Source: an uncultured Alphaproteobacteria bacterium
Lineage (GTDB): Bacteria; Pseudomonadota; Alphaproteobacteria; HIMB59; GCA-002718135
Length of the DNA: 64,000 bases
NCBI GenBank assembly: GCA_902602515.1
Contig: CACKRG010000004.1
Coordinates: forward strand, 2,405-66,404
Reading direction: 5' to 3'
A model generated the notes under the pieces. The model searched no databases and was not told the DNA's origin. It worked only from the letters and a program-made list of their open reading frames with translations. Both the position numbers and the translations under genes were made by a program. Positions 54,262 to 63,267 of the stretch are shown piece by piece; positions within the stretch are counted from its first letter, which is position 1, and each line of letters starts with the position of its first letter.

Positions 54262-57200
54262 TTAATTAGAAATTTTATTTTTATACCAATTCTTAATGTT
54301 TTCTCTAAACATTAAAGCTGATGGTGTCACAACTAATGTAAGAAATGTTGCAAAAAGTAGTCCAAATACAATAGCTGTTGATAATTGAACCCACCACTGA
54401 GTATCTGGTGAACCTCTTGTTATTTCTCTAGATATAAAATCAACATTTGTCATTGTAACCATAGGTAATAAACCTAGTACTGTTGTAGTTGTTGTAAGTA
54501 AAACTGGTCTAAGTCTTTGCGCTCCTGTTTTAATAATAGCTTCTCTTATATTAGATGTTTTAGTCTTTAAAAAATCAAAAGTGTCAATTAATATGATATT
54601 ATTATTTACAACAATTCCAGCAAGAGCAATAACGCCAACTCCTGACATAACAATACCAAAGGGCTGTGCTGTCACCATTAAACCTATAAATACACCAGCT
54701 GTGGACATTACTACTGCAAAAAGAATTAAGAATGCACTATAAAAGCTATTAAACTGCAAAAGAAGTATCATTAGCATTAAAAATAAAGCTACACCAAAAG
54801 CTCCTGTTAAAAATTTTTGAGCCTCTTTTTGATCTTCATTTTCTCCAATAAGTTCAGCCCTTACTTTACTATCTAATTCATAACGAGGTACATCTAATGT
54901 TCTTCCTCTCCAAGATGGAGCAGTATCTGAAATACCTAATACATACTCAAGTTCCCTAACTTTTCCATCAGGATATGTTCCAGGTTCTACATCTGCCTGT
55001 ATATTAATTGCATTTTTAGAGTCTACTCTAATAATATTCCCAGTTCTATTATTTGGAACAATTTCTACAAAATTTGAAATTGGAACTAAACCATTTAATG
55101 TGGTTACTCTTAAATTTTCAATTCTATCAAGTGTCCGTCCTTCATTTGGATATCGCAGAAAAAGTGGAATACTTTCATTACTATCATCCGGTCTATATTC
55201 ACCTAGCTTAAGACCATTTGTTGCAAGTTTAATAACATTTCCAATAGATGTAATATTAGCTCCAAACTTAGATGCTTGTTTTCTATCTACATTAATTTCC
55301 CATTCAATCCCGGGTGCAGGTAAATTATCTTCTACATTCATTAATTTTGGATAATTATCCATAAATTTTTTAAGTTTAATTCCTTCAGCAATTAAAAGTT
55401 GTTTATCATCACTAGTTAATTTAATATTAATTGGTTTACCGTCACCAGGACCACCCTGTTGTTCTCTTGATTCTACTTTAATACCATTAATACTTTTTGT
55501 GGCCTCTAAAATCTCTGCAAGTATTACTTTTGATTTTCTTCTTTTATCCCAATCTGTATATTCTAGACTAATTGAACCGATAAAATCCTCTGATGATTCG
55601 GATTGCTCACTAACATTTCCACTTAAAGAATAAATGTTTTTAAATTCTTTTCTTTCCGATTGTAATTTTAAAATAATATTTTCAACTCTTGATACATAAT
55701 CTTTTTTTTCTTCAACAGAAAGATTTCCTCTTGCAAATACTACAATTTTTGCAAGATCTGGTTCAACATCTGGAAAAAATTCCACACCCTCTCCAACTTT
55801 AGTGTATGTATAATTTACAGCAACTAATATTACTAAAGCGCTTATCATCACTTTTAGTGGATGGTATAATAAGTAGTTTAATATTTTAGCATATAAACCT
55901 ACAAAACCAGTTACATTTAATACTGGTTCATTTGATTCTGAAGATAAGATTATAGCATTTTTTGAAACTAATTTATCAGTAGAATTTACACTTTCTGAAA
56001 TTTTATAAACTCTAGGTATAATTTTTATAAAAACAAATATAAATAATGCAAGGCTTAATAAATATTTTCCAATTGTTAAAAATAAACTGAATTTTTTTAG
56101 TTCAAATAATCCAAATCCATAAGATAACAAATTAAAAAAGATTAATGATATTAGAAGTGGTACAACAAATTGAAGAAGTATTCTTGATACAGTATTTAAT
56201 ATAGATCCTAAAACAGGTACAAAAAGAAGTGCCATAAATAATGAAGAAATAAGGACACATATTAGTGTTATTGGTAAATACTTCATAAATTCACCAGCAA
56301 TACCAGGCCAAAATATAAGAGGGAGAAACGCTGCTAGGGTAGTTGCAGTTGATGATATAATTGGTAGTGACATTTTTTTAGATGCGTTAGCAAAAGCATC
56401 TTTTACATTTAGACCTTCTTTAATTTTTCTATCTGCATATTCCACAACAACTATAGCCCCATCAACTAAAAGTCCTACAGATAAAATTAGAGCAAATAAT
56501 ACAACTATATTAATAGTAAAGCCCATTACAGAAAGAGCTAATAAACCTGATAAAAACGATCCTGGAATAGATACTCCAACTAATAAACCTGATCTAACTC
56601 CCAGAGCTCCCAAAATAATAATTAAAACAAGAATAATAGCTGCTATAACGTTATTCTGAAGACTATTTAACATATTTTTAATACCTTTAGATTGATCGTT
56701 GCCAAAAGAAATCTCTACATTTTTGGGAAAACTTTTTGAGGTTATTGATGTGATTTTTTTTACCTCATCAATTGTATTTATAATATTTTCACCAATTCTT
56801 TTTGAAACATCAATAGTTATTGAATTCAATCCATTTACATTTGCGTAAGATTGTCTATCTTCAAATGTTCTTTTGACTTCAGCTATATCCCTAAATGTAA
56901 TAACTGAATCTCCATTTGTTTTTACAGGAGTGTTTAAAACATCTTCAATCGTTTCATATAAACCTGGAACTTTTATTTCAAAACTACCATCGCCAGTATC
57001 TTGACCACCAGCAGAAACCATCTTATTATTTTCTCTTACAATATTTATAAGGCTCTCAAGATTAATGCCATAACTTTCGACAGCCGTTGGATTAATTAAG
57101 ATATCAACTTGCTCATTTCTTTTACCACCTATTTTTGCTTCTAATACGCTAGGAATAGTTTCTATATCATTTTGTAAAATATCAGCTAATTCTTGAAGTG

Positions 57201-57657
57201 TTCTATTTGGAACATCTCCACTTAAAGATATGGAAAGAATAGGAAATGTACTAATATTAACTTCGTTAACTGTTGGCTCATCTGCTTCACTTGGAAGATC
57301 ACCCTTAACTCTATCTACTTTATCTCTAATATCTAGCATAGCCTGGTCAGAGTTAAATCCCGCATCAAATTCTAATATTACATTACCTCCACCTGAATAA
57401 GATGTTGATCTTACTTCTCTTACTCCTTCGACTGTTTTAACTTCATCTTCTACAGGTTTAACTAAAAGTCTTTCAGAGTCTTGTGCTGATATACCATTTT
57501 GATGAAGAGAAATATAAACTATTGGAATACTTACATCTGGTGATGATTCTTTGGGCATAGTAATATACGTAGAAGCTCCAGAAAAAATAATAAACAGAAG
57601 TATTCCCATAAATACTCGAGAATGAGTTATTGCATAATCTATAATATTTATTTTCAT
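54262..57657 (-). CDS. RND efflux transporter permease (AcrB/HAE1-like) with an extra hydrophobic insert between TM6 and TM7
   Basis: 1131 aa. Has the AcrB-like architecture of two large periplasmic loops and GLLVDGAIVVVE in TM4. About 90 extra residues (roughly aa 488-585) contain two additional hydrophobic stretches. Confidence 0.9.
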   Translation of the reverse strand: MKINIIDYAITHSRVFMGILLFIIFSGASTYITMPKESSPDVSIPIVYISLHQNGISAQDSERLLVKPVEDEVKTVEGVREVRSTSYSGGGNVILEFDAGFNSDQAMLDIRDKVDRVKGDLPSEADEPTVNEVNISTFPILSISLSGDVPNRTLQELADILQNDIETIPSVLEAKIGGKRNEQVDILINPTAVESYGINLESLINIVRENNKMVSAGGQDTGDGSFEIKVPGLYETIEDVLNTPVKTNGDSVITFRDIAEVKRTFEDRQSYANVNGLNSITIDVSKRIGENIINTIDEVKKITSITSKSFPKNVEISFGNDQSKGIKNMLNSLQNNVIAAIILVLIIILGALGVRSGLLVGVSIPGSFLSGLLALSVMGFTINIVVLFALILSVGLLVDGAIVVVEYADRKIKEGLNVKDAFANASKKMSLPIISSTATTLAAFLPLIFWPGIAGEFMKYLPITLICVLISSLFMALLFVPVLGSILNTVSRILLQFVVPLLISLIFFNLLSYGFGLFELKKFSLFLTIGKYLLSLALFIFVFIKIIPRVYKISESVNSTDKLVSKNAIILSSESNEPVLNVTGFVGLYAKILNYLLYHPLKVMISALVILVAVNYTYTKVGEGVEFFPDVEPDLAKIVVFARGNLSVEEKKDYVSRVENIILKLQSERKEFKNIYSLSGNVSEQSESSEDFIGSISLEYTDWDKRRKSKVILAEILEATKSINGIKVESREQQGGPGDGKPINIKLTSDDKQLLIAEGIKLKKFMDNYPKLMNVEDNLPAPGIEWEINVDRKQASKFGANITSIGNVIKLATNGLKLGEYRPDDSNESIPLFLRYPNEGRTLDRIENLRVTTLNGLVPISNFVEIVPNNRTGNIIRVDSKNAINIQADVEPGTYPDGKVRELEYVLGISDTAPSWRGRTLDVPRYELDSKVRAELIGENEDQKEAQKFLTGAFGVALFLMLMILLLQFNSFYSAFLILFAVVMSTAGVFIGLMVTAQPFGIVMSGVGVIALAGIVVNNNIILIDTFDFLKTKTSNIREAIIKTGAQRLRPVLLTTTTTVLGLLPMVTMTNVDFISREITRGSPDTQWWVQLSTAIVFGLLFATFLTLVVTPSALMFRENIKNWYKNKISN

Positions 57658-57662
57658 TCAGA

Positions 57663-58922
57663 TTAGTTTATTGTTTCACCAATACTTATATATTCTTGAC
57701 CACTTATGATTAAGTTAACTTGTTCTGGTAGTCCCGAGACCCACATTCCATCAATTGTATCTTTAATTGTTTTAGTTGGGTAAAAGGTGACTTTATTTTC
57801 ATTATCTACAGCTTTAACACCTACTGTACCATCGTCTAGTAGCGTTAAAATAGATGGCGGAATTTTGTGAGCCCTAAGCTCTGAACCTTTTATAATTATT
57901 TTTGTGGTTATACCGCTTTTATATGAAAGATCTTTGTTATCAGCTTCAATAGTTATTTCGAATGTTCTTGTGCTTGTCTCAGCTGAAGGAGAAATAAAAG
58001 ATATTATTCCATTTTTTTTTATTCCATTACCATCCTCTATTAAAGCTTTAGTGCCTACACTGACTTTATTTACATCGAATTCTGATAAATATCCTTCAAT
58101 CTTTATTGGGTCTAAATCAATTATTGTAAACAATGGAGTTCCAACTGAAATAAATTCAGTTTCTTCAACCATTTTTTTTGAAATAATTCCATCAAATGGC
58201 GCTTTAATACTAGTTTTGTTTATATCAAGTTTAATATTTTTTAAGACTGATTTAAAATTTGAAATTTGAGCTTCTAGATTAGCCAATGTTGTTTCAAACT
58301 TTATTTTAATATCTTCTCTATCAGCTTTTGCATTAGCAAGATTAAAAGATGCTAAGCTTAATTTTGATTTTGAGCTTAAGCCTTTATCAATTAGTTGTTT
58401 TGCTGAAGCATATTCAAGTTCATATAATTCAATTCTTTCAACATTTTGTCTAAGTAAATTATCTCTATTTTTTTCATTTAAAATTAGTTCTTTATTTAAT
58501 CTTTCTAAATCTTTTTGTGCACTTAAGAGTTTTTCATTTCTATCCTCGAGTGAAATTGTAATCATTTCATCCTTTTCAGATACTTTATCTCCTCGTGCAA
58601 ATTTTATCATATCAATATTTCCAGATGTTTCTGATTTAACATCAATTTTTTTGTTATGAATTGTTTGACCTTGTAATTCAATAGATTGATCAATCAGGTT
58701 TGAAGTAAATAATTTTGTCTCAACGGAAAATGTGAATTCATCATCGTCATTATTTTCTTTATATTGACTGTAAGAGTTATCTGATTCTACGATATTTTCT
58801 GTATTATCATTTTGTGCAATGACATTATTTGAGAATTGACCTGAACCTATCCACCCAACAACAGCGGCAAGAATTATGAAAGCTATTAATATTGATCTTT
58901 TCATTAAATATCGTAATGTCAT
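57663..58922 (-). CDS. RND efflux periplasmic adaptor (membrane fusion protein, HlyD/AcrA family)
   Basis: 419 aa. N-terminal TM anchor, long coiled-coil region, then beta-barrel region (IKAPFDGIISKK). Immediately upstream of the RND gene. Confidence 0.8.
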   Translation of the reverse strand: MTLRYLMKRSILIAFIILAAVVGWIGSGQFSNNVIAQNDNTENIVESDNSYSQYKENNDDDEFTFSVETKLFTSNLIDQSIELQGQTIHNKKIDVKSETSGNIDMIKFARGDKVSEKDEMITISLEDRNEKLLSAQKDLERLNKELILNEKNRDNLLRQNVERIELYELEYASAKQLIDKGLSSKSKLSLASFNLANAKADREDIKIKFETTLANLEAQISNFKSVLKNIKLDINKTSIKAPFDGIISKKMVEETEFISVGTPLFTIIDLDPIKIEGYLSEFDVNKVSVGTKALIEDGNGIKKNGIISFISPSAETSTRTFEITIEADNKDLSYKSGITTKIIIKGSELRAHKIPPSILTLLDDGTVGVKAVDNENKVTFYPTKTIKDTIDGMWVSGLPEQVNLIISGQEYISIGETIN

Positions 58923-58973
58923 ATATATTAAAGTTAATAAAAAACAATTTTTTGTTAGGTTTTGTCTACTATT

Positions 58974-59570
58974 ATGAAATCAAAAACTTGGATTTACAGA
59001 CAGAAAAATGATCAGTTTGTAAAAAAAGCAAGGCAAATTGGATATGTTAATAGAGCTGCGTTTAAGTTAGAGGAAATTGAACAAAAACACAGAATTATTG
59101 AAAAATCAACTGAAGTATTAGAATTAGGATCTTCACCAGGCGGCTGGACTCAAGTTGTAGTTAATACTAATAAAACTGTGAAACTTACATGTTTTGACTT
59201 ACAAGATATGAAAATAAAAAATGATAATATTACATTTTATAAATTAGATTTTTTGAAATATAATTTTAATAATCTTGATAAAAAATATGACTTAGTTCTA
59301 TCAGACATCGCGCCAAATACTACAGGACATAAATCTACTGATCATTTGAAAATAAGCCAAATAGTATATGAAATTATAGATAGATTAAATATAATATTAA
59401 AAATAAATGGATCATTTATTTTTAAAATCTGGAAAGGGGAGGAAGAAAAAGAAATTATAAAAAAACTAAAATCAATATTTACGAAAGTTGAATATTTTAA
59501 ACCAAAATCTTCAAGACAAGAATCAAGTGAAATATTTATAATTGCAAAAGAATTTAAATTAAATGAATAA
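58974..59570 (+). CDS. rlmE: 23S rRNA (uridine2552-2'-O)-methyltransferase
   Basis: Trimmed to ATG 58974. WIYRQKNDQFVKKARQIGYVNRAAFKLEEI, the LELGSSPGGWTQV SAM motif, VLSDIAPNTTG and FKIWKGEE. Confidence 0.85.
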   Translation: MKSKTWIYRQKNDQFVKKARQIGYVNRAAFKLEEIEQKHRIIEKSTEVLELGSSPGGWTQVVVNTNKTVKLTCFDLQDMKIKNDNITFYKLDFLKYNFNNLDKKYDLVLSDIAPNTTGHKSTDHLKISQIVYEIIDRLNIILKINGSFIFKIWKGEEEKEIIKKLKSIFTKVEYFKPKSSRQESSEIFIIAKEFKLNE

Positions 59571-61116
59571 TAATTTACAAAAAATATTAATAATAGATTA
59601 TGGATCTCAATATACCCAACTAATAGCTAGAAGAATTAGAGAATTGGAAGTATTTTGTCTTGTTTATCCTTATCATAAAATTACTAATAAATTACTAAAA
59701 GATATTAATCCATCAGCATTCATTTTATCAGGAGGTCCTAAATCTGTACTGGATAAAAATTCACCAAAATTAAATGAATTAATTCTTAATAAAAATAAGC
59801 CAATTCTTGCAATCTGTTTTGGTATGCAATTAATAACTAAAAACCTGAAAGGTAAAGTTAAAAAAGCAATAAATAGGGAATATGGTCATACTCTAATTAA
59901 TATTAAAAAAAAATCTGCTATATTCAAAGGTATCAATAAAAATAGATTTAAAGTCTGGATGTCACATGGAGATAATATCAGTAAGATACCAGTCTCCTTT
60001 TCTATTACTTCATTATCTGATAGTGAAATTATTTCTTCTATTGAAGATATAAAAAATAAAATTTATTGTCTACAATTTCATCCAGAGGTTTATCACACAG
60101 ATTATGGTTTAAAAATTATCAATAATTTTTTATTTAATATTGTTAAAATCAAAACTAGATTCAGACTTAAAAAATTTACTGAAACTAAAATTTTAGAATT
60201 AAAAAATCAACTTAAAGATAAAAAAATAATATGCGGTTTATCAGGTGGTGTTGATTCCACAGTTACTGCATATTTATTAGACAAAGCAGTAAATAAGAAT
60301 CTATTCTGTATATTCGTAGATCACGGTCTTTTGAGAAAATATGAATCTAAAGATGTATCAAAAATATTTAAAAAAAAATTTGGAAGTAATTTTATTAAAG
60401 TTGATGCATCAAAACTTTTTCTAGAAAGGCTTAAAAATATTTATCACCCAGAGAAAAAAAGAAAAATTATTGGTAAAACATTTATAGAAGTATTTGAAAA
60501 AGAGGCTAAAAAAATTACTAATGTCAAGTTTTTAGGTCAGGGCACTCTATATCCAGATGTGATTGAAAGCATACCTTTTTTTGGTGGACCAACTGCTAAA
60601 ATTAAAAGTCACCATAATGTTGGGGGGTTGCCAAAAAAAATGAAACTAAAAGTTGTAGAACCATTGAGAGAATTATTTAAGGACGAAGTGCGTGAAGTTG
60701 GAAGAAATCTAAAAATTAATAAATATCTTCTTTTAAGACATCCATTTCCTGGTCCAGGTTTAGCAATAAGAATTCCAGGAATAATTGATAAGAAAAAAAT
60801 TTCCATCTTAAAAGAAGCTGATTATATATTTATAAATTATCTTAAAGAAAAAAAACTTTACAATAAAATATGGCAAGCATTTGTAGTCTTGTTGCCAATA
60901 AAATCAGTTGGCGTAATGGGGGATGAAAGAACATACAGTTATGTTGCGTCATTAAGAGCTATAACATCTGTAGATGGAATGACAGCTGATTTTTATATGT
61001 TTAATAACAAACAGTTAAAAGAAATATCATCACTATTAATAAATAATGTTAAAGGTATAAATAGAGTATTATACGATTTTACTTCTAAGCCTCCAGGTAC
61101 AATTGAGTGGGAATGA
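59563..61116 (+). CDS. guaA: GMP synthase (glutamine-hydrolysing)
   Basis: 517 aa. ILIIDYGSQYTQLIARRIREL, the GLSGGVDS PP-loop, KSHHNVGGLP, and the family-typical PPGTIEWE C-terminus. Confidence 0.95.
   Translation: MNNNLQKILIIDYGSQYTQLIARRIRELEVFCLVYPYHKITNKLLKDINPSAFILSGGPKSVLDKNSPKLNELILNKNKPILAICFGMQLITKNLKGKVKKAINREYGHTLINIKKKSAIFKGINKNRFKVWMSHGDNISKIPVSFSITSLSDSEIISSIEDIKNKIYCLQFHPEVYHTDYGLKIINNFLFNIVKIKTRFRLKKFTETKILELKNQLKDKKIICGLSGGVDSTVTAYLLDKAVNKNLFCIFVDHGLLRKYESKDVSKIFKKKFGSNFIKVDASKLFLERLKNIYHPEKKRKIIGKTFIEVFEKEAKKITNVKFLGQGTLYPDVIESIPFFGGPTAKIKSHHNVGGLPKKMKLKVVEPLRELFKDEVREVGRNLKINKYLLLRHPFPGPGLAIRIPGIIDKKKISILKEADYIFINYLKEKKLYNKIWQAFVVLLPIKSVGVMGDERTYSYVASLRAITSVDGMTADFYMFNNKQLKEISSLLINNVKGINRVLYDFTSKPPGTIEWE
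61098..61116 (+). repeat. Direct repeat copy 1 (functional guaA 3' end: TACAATTGAGTGGGAATGA)
   Basis: ATTGAGTGGGAAT (61102-61114) is identical to 61617-61629. The extension TACnATTGAGTGGGAAT matches 16/17. Confidence 0.9.
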
Positions 61117-61541
61117 ATTTAGATATTACAAAATTATCAATTGATGAATTAAAAACATTTAAGAAATTTAATAGAGAATTTTTACCAAAAATTAAAAAAT
61201 TAGATTTTAATTTTGTTGATATGAAAAAAGGAGAATTGATGCTCATATCAACCCCAAAAGATATTATAAAATTTATTAAAAAAACTCCCTCTACCAAAAA
61301 GTATAACTTTAAAGATATTAGACTAAAGTTGGCTAAAAAAAGTAAAGCGGACAATACTTGTCCAGTAACTTTTGGTATATTTCTAAGATTGGCAATAGAT
61401 TATTCACTTATAGAAACAAAATATTTAAAACTTGAATGCCCCAACTTTCCTTTTTGGAGAGTTGAATACGATAAAAAAAGTAATGTTTATAAGAAAATAA
61501 GAAATTTTGATAATCTACTTAAGAAATATGATGGTCATTAA
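61113..61541 (+). CDS. Hypothetical protein (orphan ORF inside the guaA-flanked insertion)
   Basis: 142 aa from ATG 61113, which forms an ATGA overlap with the guaA stop (the track starts at GTG 61107). Lys-rich. CPVTFGIFLRLA...NFPFWRVEY faintly resembles an MGMT/Atl-type winged-helix domain without the catalytic Cys. Confidence 0.5.
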   Translation: MNLDITKLSIDELKTFKKFNREFLPKIKKLDFNFVDMKKGELMLISTPKDIIKFIKKTPSTKKYNFKDIRLKLAKKSKADNTCPVTFGIFLRLAIDYSLIETKYLKLECPNFPFWRVEYDKKSNVYKKIRNFDNLLKKYDGH

Positions 61542-61612
61542 ACTTACACAAAACTTATACAATTTAAAAAATGGCTTTAAAATAGTGGATAAACAATGAT
61601 ATTTTTAGCATC

Positions 61613-61631
61613 TACTATTGAGTGGGAATAG
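61613..61631 (+). repeat. Direct repeat copy 2 (displaced guaA 3'-end relic: TACTATTGAGTGGGAATAG)
   Basis: Intergenic. Reads ACT ATT GAG TGG GAA TAG = T I E W E stop, the conserved GuaA C-terminus. Confidence 0.9.
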
Positions 61632-61706
61632 TTATTTTATTATAATTCATGCTTGTAATTTTAAATCAGCAAGAAGAAATCAAGCAGAGAATTATTGAAT
61701 AATTTG

Positions 61707-62036
61707 TTAATCAAGTAATTTAAAGATTTTTCTATTTAGTGAAGATAGAAGAAGATCTAGATTTTCAAATTTATTATTTTGGTCTTTTGATTTTAAATTG
61801 TAGAAAATTCTTCTTTTTCTTTTTTCAAGCGATTTATTCAGTACGCATTCTGGACTTGCAAGAGTATGTTTAAATATATAAAAAAATGCATCGTTTTTCT
61901 TAAAATCAATAGCATAGTCTTTCCACTGACCTAAAGATACGCCTTTTGAGTAAAGTTTGAGGATTTTTGATAATTCATTTTTGGAAAAATACAAATTGTG
62001 ATTGTTTGAAGAAGAACTAGATGATACTAGGCTCAT
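61707..62036 (-). CDS. Small conserved protein, DUF2794-like
   Basis: 109 aa. FSKNELSKILKLYSKGVSLGQWKDYAIDF resembles the alphaproteobacterial DUF2794 core (F.r.EL..IL..YgrmVa.GeWrDYAid). Confidence 0.55.
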   Translation of the reverse strand: MSLVSSSSSSNNHNLYFSKNELSKILKLYSKGVSLGQWKDYAIDFKKNDAFFYIFKHTLASPECVLNKSLEKRKRRIFYNLKSKDQNNKFENLDLLLSSLNRKIFKLLD

Positions 62037-62060
62037 TATTATAGATTATATTAAAATTTT

Positions 62061-62609
62061 ATGCCTGTAAATGCCCCAAATAACAATCTTAATATGTTGG
62101 CTCCATCTTTTAAACTTCTTAATGTTGATGGTAAATTTGTTAGTTTAGAAAACTTAAAAGGCAATAATGGAACTGTAATTGTATTTATATGTAATCATTG
62201 TCCATACGTTAAGGCCATTGCTAGCCGATTAAAAAAAGAAGCTGACGAACTATTGTTAAGTTTTATTAATACAATAGCTATTATGCCAAATGACACTTCA
62301 AAATATCCCGATGATTCATTTGAAAATATGAAAATTTTTGCAAATAAATATCAGTTTAATTTTCCTTATTTATATGATGAGACACAAGAGGTAGCTCAAA
62401 AATATAAAGCTGTTTGTACACCAGATTTTTTTGGTTTTGATAAAAATTTAAAACTTAAATATAGGGGTAGGCTAGACTCTGGAACAATGAATTCTGATAA
62501 AGAAAAAATCAATAGAGAACTTTTTAATGCAATGATTAAAATTAAAAATCTAGGTGAAGGCCCGATTGAACAAAATAACAGTATAGGTTGCTCGATTAAA
62601 TGGAAATAA
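62061..62609 (+). CDS. Thioredoxin-fold redoxin (AhpC/TSA-like thiol-disulfide oxidoreductase family)
   Basis: 182 aa. APSFKLLNVDGKFVSLENLKG..VIVFICNHCPYV has a CxxC-type (CNHC) motif. Confidence 0.75.
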   Translation: MPVNAPNNNLNMLAPSFKLLNVDGKFVSLENLKGNNGTVIVFICNHCPYVKAIASRLKKEADELLLSFINTIAIMPNDTSKYPDDSFENMKIFANKYQFNFPYLYDETQEVAQKYKAVCTPDFFGFDKNLKLKYRGRLDSGTMNSDKEKINRELFNAMIKIKNLGEGPIEQNNSIGCSIKWK

Positions 62610-62610
62610 A

Positions 62611-63267
62611 ATGAGTAGTAAAAATAATATTATTAATAATTTTCAAAATTTTTTTTACAAAAATTTTAGAAATATTATTATAGTTGCTTTATTATTTACT
62701 ATTATTGTAATTGCATTTCAATCATATACATATTTTGCAATTAAAGATCTTAAAAAAACAAGTATTAATTTTTTTAATTCAATTAATTTAGATAGCGATA
62801 CTATATTAGAATTAAATAAGATTAAGAATAAAAATAATATATTTTCAACATTGTCTACATTAAAATTAATTCAAGAAAATAATGAAAAGAAAAACTTTTC
62901 AACATCTAATGAATTATACAAAGAATTAATTTTTACTAAAAAATTAGATAACCTTTATAAATCTTCAGTTGCTGTTCATGCAGCTTATACTCTGATTAAT
63001 GCATCATACATTGAAAATTCTTTAAAATATTTTGATGATTTATCTAATTATATAGAGAATATAAGTGACGAATTTGAAAACTATTTCTCTATAAAAAAAG
63101 AATTAGAGTATTTATTATTAGTTACAGAGATTGATTTAAATAAATCTATATACAAAAATGATTCTAAAGTTATAGAAATTTATAACAGCATTTATAATTC
63201 TGATAAAATTACATCTTCTGTAAAAGAGAGAGTGAAGAAAATTCATGAGTTTCAAATTTATAAATAA
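62611..63267 (+). CDS. Membrane-anchored helical-repeat protein (YfgM/TPR-like)
   Basis: 218 aa with a single N-terminal TM (IIIVALLFTIIVIAF) and a helical remainder. It sits directly upstream of a BamB-like lipoprotein gene, as with yfgM-bamB in other proteobacteria. Confidence 0.45.
   Translation: MSSKNNIINNFQNFFYKNFRNIIIVALLFTIIVIAFQSYTYFAIKDLKKTSINFFNSINLDSDTILELNKIKNKNNIFSTLSTLKLIQENNEKKNFSTSNELYKELIFTKKLDNLYKSSVAVHAAYTLINASYIENSLKYFDDLSNYIENISDEFENYFSIKKELEYLLLVTEIDLNKSIYKNDSKVIEIYNSIYNSDKITSSVKERVKKIHEFQIYK

Larger units (their letters stand above)
61098..61631 (+). mobile_element. Putative remnant insertion/cassette at the guaA 3' end, bounded by a duplicated guaA terminus (no integrase present)
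   Basis: A 13-nt exact (16/17) direct repeat brackets about 0.5 kb carrying a single orphan ORF. The distal copy still encodes T-I-E-W-E-stop. This is the arrangement left by site-specific integration into a gene's 3' end. Confidence 0.4.

Noticed and set aside
61542-61706. A possible structured small RNA in the 165-nt spacer after the orphan ORF.
   Set aside because: Apart from the guaA-end relic, I found only short imperfect complementary segments (TGCTTG...CAAGCA, 30 nt apart) with no convincing stem or terminator. The evidence is insufficient by eye.
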